64,000 bases of DNA from a virus. The translations under genes and the position numbers were made by a program. The notes under the pieces are model-generated. The model was not told the origin of the DNA, searched no databases, and saw nothing but the letters and a program-made list of their open reading frames with translations. Every line of letters begins with the position of its first letter. Position 1 is the stretch's first letter. Below are positions 47,822 to 57,448 of this stretch, one piece after another. The stretch spans positions 23,213 to 87,212 of IMG/VR virus record IMGVR_UViG_3300032086_003519. One strand, written 5' to 3'.

Positions 47822-48780
47822 AATATGTTTTCTAGTTTTGTAGTCAGGTCATTAGCAAAGTAACTGCCGTTGATCCATCGTTTGTCCATGTTTTTGAAAT
47901 GCTCGTGAGCTGCGAATATCTTATCAAAATCACAGACTAATTCATAGGCATGATCCAAACTGTCAAAATACAGAGGGTAATCCTCACCGCAGTATTCTAC
48001 CACTGCTGGATGCCTGTTCACCAGAAGTGGAGTGTTCCTAGCAATACATTCAATCACAGCATTATTGGCAGATGAATCGTACAGGTCAAGAAATGCAACA
48101 CAGCTTGTTAGCATGTCGTCAAACTCTTCATTGCTAACACGTTGAAGCATCTCAACTCCAGACCATCTAGACTTATTTGCAAATGGATGTTTCAGACTTC
48201 TTTTTTCTACGCTCAATAATTTGTTTGCATAATCATAGTCGCTAGGTAGCCACTTCTTAAAAAATGGATACGGAACATTTACCTCACATATGGAAAACAT
48301 TCTACGTAACCAATATCCTATTTGTAATAAAATCGGCCTTTCCTTATATAGAAACTTTTCCGGTTCCCATTTTAGTATATTTGTAGCGGTAGGATGTTTA
48401 ACTGTTATAACTGGGACATCACATTTGTCTCTAACCCACTCCGCAAGATACTCAGAAAGGCATATTAAGGCGCGACAGCTTTCAAGTGATTTACGAAAAA
48501 CATCTCTAGTGAAAATGGCATCAGGACTATTGTATGTATCAAACCAGTCAGGAGGATTCGGTGGATTATGGGCAAAGCCTATCCAATCTCTCGTATACGG
48601 GATTTTACTAAACTTACTATCATAATATTGTTCCATTTTCCAAGAGAAATTGTCCTCGATAAAACCATCGACATAAATGCCGTGTTTAGAATGAAATGGT
48701 AGCAAGGAACTTATGCAATACTTCCACCCACTTCTGTGGATGCCAAAGCCTCCACAGTCTGATACATCTAAAGAAATCAT
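47815..48780 (-). CDS. GT-B-like glycosyltransferase
   Basis: HRSGW, IGYWLR, SANNAVIECIARNTPLLVN. Confidence 0.6.
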   Translation of the reverse strand: MISLDVSDCGGFGIHRSGWKYCISSLLPFHSKHGIYVDGFIEDNFSWKMEQYYDSKFSKIPYTRDWIGFAHNPPNPPDWFDTYNSPDAIFTRDVFRKSLESCRALICLSEYLAEWVRDKCDVPVITVKHPTATNILKWEPEKFLYKERPILLQIGYWLRRMFSICEVNVPYPFFKKWLPSDYDYANKLLSVEKRSLKHPFANKSRWSGVEMLQRVSNEEFDDMLTSCVAFLDLYDSSANNAVIECIARNTPLLVNRHPAVVEYCGEDYPLYFDSLDHAYELVCDFDKIFAAHEHFKNMDKRWINGSYFANDLTTKLENILC

Positions 48781-49622
48781 TATAAATTAATTCCAGACAA
48801 TCCTTCAAACAGTCCTGATTGATACGAGCATTTAACCATAGCTAGTTTCTCTGCGAATATTTTGCTTTGCTCTGTACCATCGCCCAATGTAAAAGTCAAC
48901 CTACCTAAGACCTTGTGGTCTAAAGATTCTGGTGTTTCAATAAACTGTTTCCAAATTCTTTCAAAGTGGGGCATCTTCTTAAATCTTATATTCATCGCAG
49001 CCAAGAAACCTTGTTGATAGAAATAGTTTGAAATTGATTTAAGGGAAAGCTCCTCCTCGGAAAGCTTTATCTTTGTCGATAAAAAGTCAGAATGTATTAC
49101 CTCTGCCATATTAGAAGCAGAGAGAACAAACGCCCTATCGTTATTTATAAAGCCTTTGGGTGATGAAATCGGTGAGATGCCGCCTCTTTTATTGTATACG
49201 CTGGAGTTTATGGCTATATTGTAACAAGGGGGAAAGTTGTCGGGTTCAGAAGTTATGTCACAAACCAAATTTTTCGAGTACTTTCTAAGTTGATATGAAT
49301 GACAGTATTTCATTATGCTTTTTGTAAAGGTGTCTTCTGAGATCGCAGCATACTTTGGTTCAATGTCTCCACATAAAATTGAAAAGTCTTTGACTAAAGA
49401 TGATAGACAAAGAAGGTCTTTGACGTATGTTTTAGATACAGAAGAATTCTCTAGAAATACCAAAGTTATAGCTGAATCGCTTGATGTAGGAAGTTCTGTA
49501 GGCGAGCAACTCTTAATAGAATAAGATAAATTGTTATCATTTAACTGCTTTTTAATAACAGGCTCTAGACTTGATGTCTCGCTTTTTCCATCTTTGATTA
49601 AAAAAACATTTATGTCTTTCAT
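48780..49622 (-). CDS. degenerate GT2-like hypothetical protein
   Basis: CYNIAI...GG, YFYQQG pattern; weak. Confidence 0.45.
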   Translation of the reverse strand: MKDINVFLIKDGKSETSSLEPVIKKQLNDNNLSYSIKSCSPTELPTSSDSAITLVFLENSSVSKTYVKDLLCLSSLVKDFSILCGDIEPKYAAISEDTFTKSIMKYCHSYQLRKYSKNLVCDITSEPDNFPPCYNIAINSSVYNKRGGISPISSPKGFINNDRAFVLSASNMAEVIHSDFLSTKIKLSEEELSLKSISNYFYQQGFLAAMNIRFKKMPHFERIWKQFIETPESLDHKVLGRLTFTLGDGTEQSKIFAEKLAMVKCSYQSGLFEGLSGINL

Positions 49623-49634
49623 TCAACTTCTCTC

Positions 49635-49725
49635 AAAAAAAAATGCGCCACCTTAACTATAGGGGAAATTAAGATGGCGCTAAAGTGAGGATACTGCTGG
49701 GGGAGCAATACCCAAAACAAATTCA
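49635..49725 (-). ncRNA. candidate sRNA: two hairpins with C-rich loops ending in an intrinsic terminator
   Basis: TATAAT at 49737-49732; 10-bp stem with CCCCC loop; 14-bp stem with UCCCCUAU loop + U9. Confidence 0.5.
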
Positions 49726-49784
49726 GGAACCATTATACTATAACTTTGTCTGGGTAAAACTGCCCAAAAAAAAATTCGCCGTCG

Positions 49785-49818
49785 CAAAAACCATTGTCAG
49801 GCTAGTTGCGGTAGTACA
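49785..49818. repeat. 34-bp direct repeat, copy A
   Basis: caaaaaccattgtcagGCtagttgcggtAgtaca; 31/34 identical to 50568-50601. Confidence 0.85.
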
Positions 49819-50539
49819 CAGGTTTCCATCCATCAACTTCATAAAACGTAGGGTCATGCCAAGTTTTGTCTTCATAAAACGCTGGATATACTATATTATT
49901 TTTACAGCCTAGCGCGCCAATAAACCAACTGTAAGACCCGTGACTTAATATTTTGTTCGTAAATCTCGAACCAAATTTTAATGTTTCTTCTTTTCCAGCA
50001 TCATATATTTCAAAGTCAAATTGTTTGGCAAAATTTTTAACTGTGTCGCTGTGAACTTCATTTGATGTAACATACTTCTTAAAAGGGCTAATCTTAGGAC
50101 GGTCAGATATGGCAATTTCCGAATATACTTTCCTAAGGGCAGGTTCATAATAGTCCATACCGAGCTGAAACTGTGAACCAAGATCACCAAGTCTCATGTG
50201 AACAAAAATACCCTCTATGGGTTCTTGATTAATTACTTCTTCCTTGAAAACTAAATCTAAGTTATCTACAACAAAGTTGGCTGCGTTTTTACATTGTAGA
50301 TATTCATTATTTGAACAGCTAAGGCTCATAATTTCTGGATATATACTATATTTGTCATCTTCTACATCAACAATTTTTAATTTGTTTTGATCTAAGAACT
50401 GAAAGATAGAAGCTGAGTAATCTCCTCCGTATCTTGCAAAAGATATTTCTCGATTTTGTTGAGCCGAAAAAATAGAATAGATACTACATATAAAAAGTTT
50501 GTTGCAAAACAAACCGGCATTAACTGGAACTACAAACAT
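49802..50539 (-). CDS. GT11 alpha-1,2-fucosyltransferase-like
   Basis: AGLFCNKLF, FVHMRLGD, SHGSYSWF motifs. Confidence 0.75.
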   Translation of the reverse strand: MFVVPVNAGLFCNKLFICSIYSIFSAQQNREISFARYGGDYSASIFQFLDQNKLKIVDVEDDKYSIYPEIMSLSCSNNEYLQCKNAANFVVDNLDLVFKEEVINQEPIEGIFVHMRLGDLGSQFQLGMDYYEPALRKVYSEIAISDRPKISPFKKYVTSNEVHSDTVKNFAKQFDFEIYDAGKEETLKFGSRFTNKILSHGSYSWFIGALGCKNNIVYPAFYEDKTWHDPTFYEVDGWKPVYYRN

Positions 50540-50567
50540 GATTTCCTCAAAACAAAATCCAAGCTCC

Positions 50568-50601
50568 CAAAAACCATTGTCAGCTTAGTTGCGGTTGTAC
50601 A
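50568..50601. repeat. 34-bp direct repeat, copy B, abutting tmRNA 3' end
   Basis: caaaaaccattgtcagCTtagttgcggtTgtaca. Confidence 0.85.
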
Positions 50602-50605
50602 AAAG

Positions 50606-50946
50606 TGGAGGTGGCGGGATTTGAACCCGCGTGCCACATAATATTATTATTAACTTCTACATGTTTAGTATAATTATTATCGTCCATCATACTAGACTAT
50701 CCAAGTTATCGGAGTCAAACAAATTATTGTTATCATATATATTTAGTTCAAGTATATAAACTCTAGCAAAATTATCTGCGTCATCACTATTTGGTTTGCG
50801 GGGCTGTGATACCCGTGCCGCTAGGCGGCGAGTGCGAAATTCTCTTCTACACTTAAAAAAAATGAGAACGATTTTTTAAGTAGCCACTCGTTCAACTACT
50901 ACATGCAATCAATAACTTTATTACTGGTCGATCCCAATTCACCCCC
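50606..50946 (-). ncRNA. ssrA: tmRNA; tag reading frame 50850-50821 = (A)VEENFALAA*
   Basis: 5' GGGGGTGAATTGGGATCGAC; 3' GCGGGTTCAAATCCCGCCACCTCCA; G3-U70 alanine identity pair; tag ends LAA-stop. Confidence 0.93.
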
Positions 50947-50952
50947 TTGAAA

Positions 50953-51162
50953 TTATTCAGTTTCTCTTCTTAGCTTTTCATAGTAAATTTCTTCACTAGC
51001 CATAGAAATTAAATCACCATCAACAAATGCTCTTGACTGGTTAATACAAACAGCGAGCCTTTGTTTGTTGTCTGGATATTCTTCTTTCATCTTATCGCTG
51101 GACATGCAACGAGGCATAAAATCCTTAGCTGATTCGTTGTCATTTCTAGTTGGTAGTGGCAT
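50953..51162 (-). CDS. small phage protein
   Basis: MPLP....E...DFM.RCM......EYPD.KQRLAVC pattern. Confidence 0.6.
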   Translation of the reverse strand: MPLPTRNDNESAKDFMPRCMSSDKMKEEYPDNKQRLAVCINQSRAFVDGDLISMASEEIYYEKLRRETE

Positions 51163-51886
51163 TATCTTCTCCTATTTTTATATCTGGAAACATATCATAT
51201 TTTACATCTTCAAATATTGCTGAAGCAACAACCATTGAAGCGTCATTGTCTGAAGGGTAGTGTACTCCCTGTAGCATCCTAGCTTCTCCAGCTAGATTAG
51301 CAATGCGGTAGAAGTCGGAAGTGTAATCTGGGTACATCGTACTTAACATCGCAGCGGAAAACGCCGCATAAGCCGTATGACCAGATGGATAAGCTGGAGT
51401 ATGATGCGTTTGCGTCTTGGTAACTTCGATACTAAAACGTAACTTTCCAGCAATATCATAAGGTCTTGGTCTTAAAAACTTATATTTGAGTTGCATGATT
51501 ACAGGGTCTAAAGTATTCTTATAATACTCATCAAACTTCTCTTTTGGAAACTTCAACCCGTGTATTTTAAGAACTGGCATGAAGAGATTGTTAGGATCAT
51601 CATCAACCATCTTTATGAGGTCTAACTGCCTCTCTGAAAGGTTGTAGGTTATCTTAGATAGGTACTCTAATTCTTTTCTTGTAACGTCACTAGAGTTCGC
51701 TGGAGGCTCTGGTAGCAGGTTCATGTAGTCAATGCTTACACCTTTAGGTTTCATCTCCAAGACCCTCTTATCTTTGTCCGATAAAGGCAGAGGATTGATA
51801 TAATAGGTCTTGTCAAGGATTCCATCATTTATGACCCTGTTTATATCTTTGATAATATTATTTTTAGATGTCATGTTCATACTCAC
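51146..51886 (-). CDS. PAP2 / acid phosphatase-haloperoxidase family protein
   Basis: KYKFLRPRP, YPSGH, RMLQGVHYPSD. Confidence 0.88.
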   Translation of the reverse strand: MSMNMTSKNNIIKDINRVINDGILDKTYYINPLPLSDKDKRVLEMKPKGVSIDYMNLLPEPPANSSDVTRKELEYLSKITYNLSERQLDLIKMVDDDPNNLFMPVLKIHGLKFPKEKFDEYYKNTLDPVIMQLKYKFLRPRPYDIAGKLRFSIEVTKTQTHHTPAYPSGHTAYAAFSAAMLSTMYPDYTSDFYRIANLAGEARMLQGVHYPSDNDASMVVASAIFEDVKYDMFPDIKIGEDNATTN

Positions 51887-52052
51887 TCAAGATTTCACTA
51901 TTGGTATTATATCCACAGATTGGACATTCAAAGACATAAGTTCTTCCTGTGGGATTTTCTAGTATATCTATTAATACACAATCTTCAGTATCTATCTCGT
52001 CTTGACAACAAGAACAAAAAAAGAAATTAACCATAAACCTTCTCCCAATCAA
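51864..52052 (-). CDS. small zinc-finger protein
   Basis: CSCC...CPIC; true start may be MVNFF. Confidence 0.5.
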   Translation of the reverse strand: MIGRRFMVNFFFCSCCQDEIDTEDCVLIDILENPTGRTYVFECPICGYNTNSEILSEYEHDI

Positions 52053-52572
52053 AGAATCTCCATCTATTTAAGTGTTTTGCGTCTTCATCTTCATTAACGT
52101 GATTCAGGTATTCAAGCACTTCACTCCAGTTGGAAAACACCATTTCATGAGGAATCACACCAAACAACCAGTTTGGAAGATTGTGCTTGCCCTGCTGACA
52201 CATTACGATTACAGGCTTTTTCTGGCTGATTGCTACAGCGGCTTCATGATATGAGCCACACAGGTGAGCATCTACATCAATGCTCATTACTATGAAGTGA
52301 GCAATATCAACCATTCTAAGGTCTACGGCACAGATTGGTTTCATATATTCAGTAAGCTCATCATACTTCTGCGCGCGTTTTAGATTATTTAATATATCTC
52401 TAGTCTCTTCGTTCTCCAGAGCATAATCGCTTGGCTTGTCACATGGATTCAAAACACCGATTCCAAGCTCCTTGAGTTTAGGAGTAATATTACCTCTCCA
52501 TCCAACGCCTCCATCTTGGACACGATCCATAGCTCCGCACAAGTAACACAAAGAGTTTTTCAATCTATTCAT
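52027..52572 (-). CDS. nucleoside 2-deoxyribosyltransferase-like protein
   Basis: YLCGAM, WR, LNP, DLRMVD, GSYHE, KKPV. Confidence 0.75.
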   Translation of the reverse strand: MNRLKNSLCYLCGAMDRVQDGGVGWRGNITPKLKELGIGVLNPCDKPSDYALENEETRDILNNLKRAQKYDELTEYMKPICAVDLRMVDIAHFIVMSIDVDAHLCGSYHEAAVAISQKKPVIVMCQQGKHNLPNWLFGVIPHEMVFSNWSEVLEYLNHVNEDEDAKHLNRWRFFDWEKVYG

Positions 52573-53013
52573 CTAAGCACCCCTAATAAAATCCTGAATC
52601 AAATCATCCGCACTAGTATACATTTTATCTTTACACAAATCTCTGATTTTATCTTTAAGTTCTGTTGGTTTGTAGCCAAGAGGCTTCAATGCCTCATGAG
52701 CTTCTCTGATTATTTCTCTGCTAGTCGTGGAAATACCAGACTGCTGAGGCTCAGTTTCGCTAAAGACATGTTTAGTAACCCAGTCTCTCGCAGATTTATT
52801 GCCAGACATAGCATCAAACATTGCTGATTCAACAATCATATCCCATTGCTGCTCTCTGCACAAAGTAGGTTGTACTGACTGTGAAACCTCTACTGCTTTG
52901 CGGCTAGACATCCACGAAAATAGCTTCATGAAATTCTGAACTATAGCCGGAAGAAAAAACAAGCCGACTACAAGCATGATAAACTCAGCGTTATAAGCTC
53001 CTGTGTGTGACAT
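52573..53013 (-). CDS. membrane protein with C-terminal RuvA domain-III-like motif
   Basis: N-terminal TM; EAHEALKPLGYKPTE...ADDLIQDFIR. Confidence 0.5.
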   Translation of the reverse strand: MSHTGAYNAEFIMLVVGLFFLPAIVQNFMKLFSWMSSRKAVEVSQSVQPTLCREQQWDMIVESAMFDAMSGNKSARDWVTKHVFSETEPQQSGISTTSREIIREAHEALKPLGYKPTELKDKIRDLCKDKMYTSADDLIQDFIRGA

Positions 53014-53014
53014 T

Positions 53015-53959
53015 TTATCCCCTGTTAATCATCCATTCTTTTATGCCAATTGGACTTTTGCTAAACTTGTATTGATTGATCCAGTCTTCCAGTTCTACTT
53101 TAGGTTTCCATTCCAACAAATATCTGGCTTTATTTATATCAGCCAAAGTTACTCTAGCCTCACCGAGTCTCTCAGGTATATGAGCATACTTTACACCAAT
53201 CATTTTTGCAAGTTCTAAAACAGAATAATTTTTGCCAGTACCAATATTAAAGGTTTGACCCCATATGTTAGTCGCTTCACTATTCATTGCTAAGACGTTA
53301 GCCTCAACAGCGTCGGAAACATGCGTGAAGTCTCTTCTCTGTAAGCCGTCACCAACAATGGTCATTGGTTCCCCTGATTCTACCTGACGCAGGAAGATAC
53401 CAACAACAGGAGCATACTGACCTTTAAGTGGCTGGCGTTCCCCATATACATTGAAGTATCGTAGTGTTAATGTCTTCAGTCCAAACAGTTTAGTATACAT
53501 ATCACAGAGTTGCTCGCCGCAAGTTTTTGTGACAGAATATGGATTCAAACAATCGTTTGGCATGTCCTCGGTTAGTGGAGGAGTGTTGGATAAACCGTAG
53601 GCAGACGATGTAGACGAGTAGATCACACGCTCTACACCGTTCTCCCTAGCGGCCTGAAGTACGTTACATGTCCCAACCACGTTTGTTTGTGCAGACCTGA
53701 TCGGGTTCTTGATGGCTGGTTGGATTCTAGCTTCAGCCGCAAGATGAAATACACAATCAACGCCCTTGAACAAAGGATAGATATTACTGTAGTCACAAAT
53801 GTCAAACTTATGATTGTCTGCCTTGTCATTCCAATAAAAATCTTCATTGCATGTTGCAGACTCATTGTCGATAACTACAACTTCATTTCCATCTTGCACT
53901 AATCTATCAACGAGATTGCTCCCGATAAAACCAGCACCACCAGTAACAATACACTTCAT
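53015..53959 (-). CDS. NAD-dependent sugar epimerase/dehydratase
   Basis: VTGGAGFIGS, HLAA, YSVTK, RYFNVYG, GDGLQRRDF. Confidence 0.92.
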   Translation of the reverse strand: MKCIVTGGAGFIGSNLVDRLVQDGNEVVVIDNESATCNEDFYWNDKADNHKFDICDYSNIYPLFKGVDCVFHLAAEARIQPAIKNPIRSAQTNVVGTCNVLQAARENGVERVIYSSTSSAYGLSNTPPLTEDMPNDCLNPYSVTKTCGEQLCDMYTKLFGLKTLTLRYFNVYGERQPLKGQYAPVVGIFLRQVESGEPMTIVGDGLQRRDFTHVSDAVEANVLAMNSEATNIWGQTFNIGTGKNYSVLELAKMIGVKYAHIPERLGEARVTLADINKARYLLEWKPKVELEDWINQYKFSKSPIGIKEWMINRG

Positions 53960-53960
53960 A

Positions 53961-54833
53961 CTAAACTCCTACACCCTGTCCCTTCAGGACTGTTGATAAA
54001 CGCTCAAGTCGAACACGAATGTCCTCTTTCCAAGCATCATTATACTTTACGACACTAACATTATCAACTGTAGAACCCAAAACTTCAACCGATTTATCGA
54101 AGACATCTTCAAAGATTGCAACTACTTCGTAGCGACAGGCTCGTAGCTTTTGAAATTTAGCATCGCTTGGGACACTAACAACATCAGCAGGATTGACTTT
54201 GCAGATAACGATCTGGTTTCCACCGTCACCATCATTGTCGTCATGATTATCCAAGTTGATACCGCCATAGCTGGTAACATAGTCGATAGCTCCAACATGA
54301 AGACCTGCACTACAGTGTTTATTGCGATTGCTATCAACCTTAGAGCGATCAACCTCAACCACTTCGCCAACACTATTGTCAATCGAGCCACTGTAAATAT
54401 CTTTGAAGTCTGGACGCACAGCCTTGTAAGCCAAGAAGTGACCGTCTTGTGTGATCGGTAGATTCTTATTCTGCATGAAGTCAAACAATTCTAGGATAGA
54501 TTTGTCCGATGGATTATCGTTTAGATTACACATAAAGTTCAGCATAGAATCAAAGTCAAAGCCTTCCTTCTTCATATCTAAGATGCGATCAGTAAATAGT
54601 TCTGGCATTGGAATCCCATTCCAGTTCAGTGTTCCATTCTTGACATGCACATAGCCATCACAGAAATGTTCTACTGAAGATGCAACATCGTATGCCGCTT
54701 CAAAGTGTTCTACATTGCCACTCTTCAAATGACGAATGAGAGCATTGTAATTATGATGGTTCTTGTCAAAAGTATATGCCTCGCCACCAACAAAAGCATT
54801 TACTACACCTGAATCACTAATGATATATTTCAT
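53961..54833 (-). CDS. rIIB: rIIB-like protein
   Basis: NPS...ELFDF, LPITQDGHFLAYKAV, CSAGLHVG, KVNPADVVSVP..KLRACRYEV. Confidence 0.88.
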   Translation of the reverse strand: MKYIISDSGVVNAFVGGEAYTFDKNHHNYNALIRHLKSGNVEHFEAAYDVASSVEHFCDGYVHVKNGTLNWNGIPMPELFTDRILDMKKEGFDFDSMLNFMCNLNDNPSDKSILELFDFMQNKNLPITQDGHFLAYKAVRPDFKDIYSGSIDNSVGEVVEVDRSKVDSNRNKHCSAGLHVGAIDYVTSYGGINLDNHDDNDGDGGNQIVICKVNPADVVSVPSDAKFQKLRACRYEVVAIFEDVFDKSVEVLGSTVDNVSVVKYNDAWKEDIRVRLERLSTVLKGQGVGV

Positions 54834-54834
54834 A

Positions 54835-56949
54835 TCACACCTCCATACTATCAATATAACTTGCAATAACTTGTAACTGTTCATCCGACATCCAGCCCGT
54901 AGCAAACTGTAACATCGGATACTTCTCTACTATACTATCATATAATTCGTCAGTATCAAGTGACTCACTTGAATTTTCTTGCAGATTCTCTGCAAAATCT
55001 GTCCATACTTTCAGACGTTGCGCTGTTTCTTTCAACCTTGACAGCAAGTCCTTATCGACGCTGTAATCTGGATGAAACAACTTAGAAAACTCGTAGAAGT
55101 CTCCACGACTACTCAGCAGTGGATGTAACTCTTGCAGTGTAGCTACACGCCCTGTATGTTCGTTGCCGATAGACCACTTTCCAGTGGATGAATTATGGAG
55201 CAACGTAAGATCGTTAGTCATGATGACAAGCTGACGCTTGATCTGGTTTTGAATATATTCTAGTCCGTCTTGCCAGTTATCCCGCTCTTCGAGCTTCATG
55301 GTCTTGGCTTTGGATGGAGTTACATAGAATAACTTCTCACTTAGGTGACTCGTATCAACACCAAGCGAATCCAAAACATTCAGAGCCGATTTGATATAAC
55401 GAGTACCAACATTGTAACCTTTGATCTCCATGTCACCTCTGGTCTGGATAATATAGTAAGCATCCTCTTCTTTAACACCTACATTAAAAGTGCCTTCATA
55501 CCAGTCATTGTAGCCTTCACCTTTAGACTTGTATAGGCCATCAAGACCAGCAACGTATGATGAGCTAGATGTAGTCTTAGATAATTGCTTTGGAGGAGCA
55601 GGGAGAGTAGTCACGTTGGTGATGTACTCTGGCTCACAACCAAGACATTTAGCAACCTGTTCTAACTTGCCATTAGGAATAAGATATACGATACCTTCAT
55701 TTTCTTCTCTGAGCAAGTGTCTTATACGAGCAACACTGCCTGACTTCTTGTCCTGATAAAAGACATGACCTTTGCCAGCACGGATTTGGCATACATCCTC
55801 CCTTGAGCAAGTCTCACGCCATTTTGATTTGGTGTAACGTACAATCATCAGTCTTTCATCATCATCTGTCTTCAGATTTATGAACTCTGAACCATCTTCA
55901 AAAACCTTCTGGCCGTTGAACTCTATCTCAAACAGAACATCGTCAACCATGTACGAGCCAATCCTACCAACAGTATCAAAGATTTCCATAGCCCTCCATC
56001 TTGCACTCCAAAGATTAGTGCAGGCGAGTATGTCCTCTTTGGCCTTTTCTCCAATGCTTTCTATGATACGATTGATCGCACAGATAATATTATGCTTGGT
56101 TCTACCAGTGTAAGAAATTGACTCACGAGAAGGAGTGATGTCAATGTCACCAATGTTCATGTGCAAGCGGAGACTGCCAAGCGTTCGGAGCGCCCGCCAG
56201 ATGTTGTCTGTCTCTTCACTCTGGAACTGCATGTCGTCAATAGGGTATGAAATTTGACCCATAATAACATGGTTGCCAGAGCGTCTTTTAAGAACAGACC
56301 AGTTGTCACCACCAATCTTAACCTCTTCAGGCTTGTATTCAAGTTCAGTATTGATCTCTGGGCGAACAGCAAAATGCTGAAAGATAGACTTGGCTTCACT
56401 CTCGAATTCCCAAATGTCAGTAGACTCTACGTTCATGCTGATCTGCATACCGTTAGGCTCATCAGTAGGCTCTTCGTGTAGCAATGCAAACTCAGGAGAA
56501 CCAGCTTCATTCATGTAAGAATTGAAAACGTAGCGAGTGCCGTTGAAGAAAGACTCAACCATGAAGGAGTCAGTATAAGCAAAGGGAGACTTACTGCCAA
56601 GACCTAAGCAACCAACAGCATCGTTGGAATCAGTCTTGTTGCTACCGAAGTAAGTAGTATAAAGATTAAAGCAGTCATCGTAACTAAGACCTGTGCCAAA
56701 GTCACGCACGACAAATACCGGCTCCAGCTTTGTTGGAAGCTGAACTCGGAACGGGGAATCAGGACAGCCTGCCGAGACATGAGCATCATACGCATTAGTA
56801 GATAGCTCACGAATAACTGCTTTGATCTTGTTTGAGTAAAGACCATCTGACAAGATAGAGAACGCTTTTGCGGTAGCCTCGATCTTGTAATTAGTTGACT
56901 GGAAGTCAGATGATCGCTGAATTGTGTTTTGATTAGTTTGCAATTTCAT
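54835..56949 (-). CDS. rIIA: rIIA-like protein (N-terminal GHKL ATPase)
   Basis: AFSILSDGLYSNKIKAVIRELSTNAYDAH, RDFGTGL, GLGSKSPFAY, TPSRE. Confidence 0.9.
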   Translation of the reverse strand: MKLQTNQNTIQRSSDFQSTNYKIEATAKAFSILSDGLYSNKIKAVIRELSTNAYDAHVSAGCPDSPFRVQLPTKLEPVFVVRDFGTGLSYDDCFNLYTTYFGSNKTDSNDAVGCLGLGSKSPFAYTDSFMVESFFNGTRYVFNSYMNEAGSPEFALLHEEPTDEPNGMQISMNVESTDIWEFESEAKSIFQHFAVRPEINTELEYKPEEVKIGGDNWSVLKRRSGNHVIMGQISYPIDDMQFQSEETDNIWRALRTLGSLRLHMNIGDIDITPSRESISYTGRTKHNIICAINRIIESIGEKAKEDILACTNLWSARWRAMEIFDTVGRIGSYMVDDVLFEIEFNGQKVFEDGSEFINLKTDDDERLMIVRYTKSKWRETCSREDVCQIRAGKGHVFYQDKKSGSVARIRHLLREENEGIVYLIPNGKLEQVAKCLGCEPEYITNVTTLPAPPKQLSKTTSSSSYVAGLDGLYKSKGEGYNDWYEGTFNVGVKEEDAYYIIQTRGDMEIKGYNVGTRYIKSALNVLDSLGVDTSHLSEKLFYVTPSKAKTMKLEERDNWQDGLEYIQNQIKRQLVIMTNDLTLLHNSSTGKWSIGNEHTGRVATLQELHPLLSSRGDFYEFSKLFHPDYSVDKDLLSRLKETAQRLKVWTDFAENLQENSSESLDTDELYDSIVEKYPMLQFATGWMSDEQLQVIASYIDSMEV

Positions 56950-56994
56950 AATTTGAAACCCCTATAAACGTGTGATAAATCTGTTACGTGTTTT

Positions 56995-57022
56995 ATTGTA
57001 ATATACTAATCGTCGTTTGCAA
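56995..57022 (-). promoter_or_regulatory. sigma-70-type promoter for rIIA/rIIB
   Basis: TTGCAA-N16-TACAAT. Confidence 0.6.
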
Positions 57023-57024
57023 GA

Positions 57025-57234
57025 TTATTCTTGAACAATTTCTGAATTTTCTTTTGGTTTTCTGACAGTGGTTCTGAGCATCTTGTTTCTTTCTTTCTCA
57101 AATTCCCTGTCGATCATCCAGCGTTCTCGCTTTTCTTTGTCAGCGAAAAACTTTGCTTTCTTGCGACGAGCTAGTTTTGCTTTGACTCTCTCTTGACGCT
57201 TCTTGGCTTTACGTTGTTTTTGTTTATTCTTCAT
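57025..57234 (-). CDS. small basic protein
   Basis: K/R-rich coupled ORF. Confidence 0.55.
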   Translation of the reverse strand: MKNKQKQRKAKKRQERVKAKLARRKKAKFFADKEKRERWMIDREFEKERNKMLRTTVRKPKENSEIVQE

Positions 57235-57448
57235 AGTTCCTAGACAACCTCTTCTTGAGTTTGGTTCTTTCTTTGATTAATTTACCCTGCTTTTTCAAAA
57301 GCTCTTTAGTGTCTTTAGTAGTTATACTAGACTCGATCTTCACTTCCAGTTCTTGTAGTGAGTCGTTGATTGTTTCCAATCTATTATATATTCTATCTTG
57401 GTTCATAATTAAAAGTCTGACGGGAGTTTCCTCCCGCCAGATTCTCAC
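57224..57448 (-). CDS. small coiled-coil protein
   Basis: coupled ORF; start may be MNQDR. Confidence 0.5.
   Translation of the reverse strand: MRIWREETPVRLLIMNQDRIYNRLETINDSLQELEVKIESSITTKDTKELLKKQGKLIKERTKLKKRLSRNYEE

Noticed and set aside
49785-50601. Direct repeats as a mini-CRISPR or prophage att sites
   Set aside because: Only two copies, separated by a whole gene; the repeat lies outside the tmRNA 3' sequence and no integrase is present
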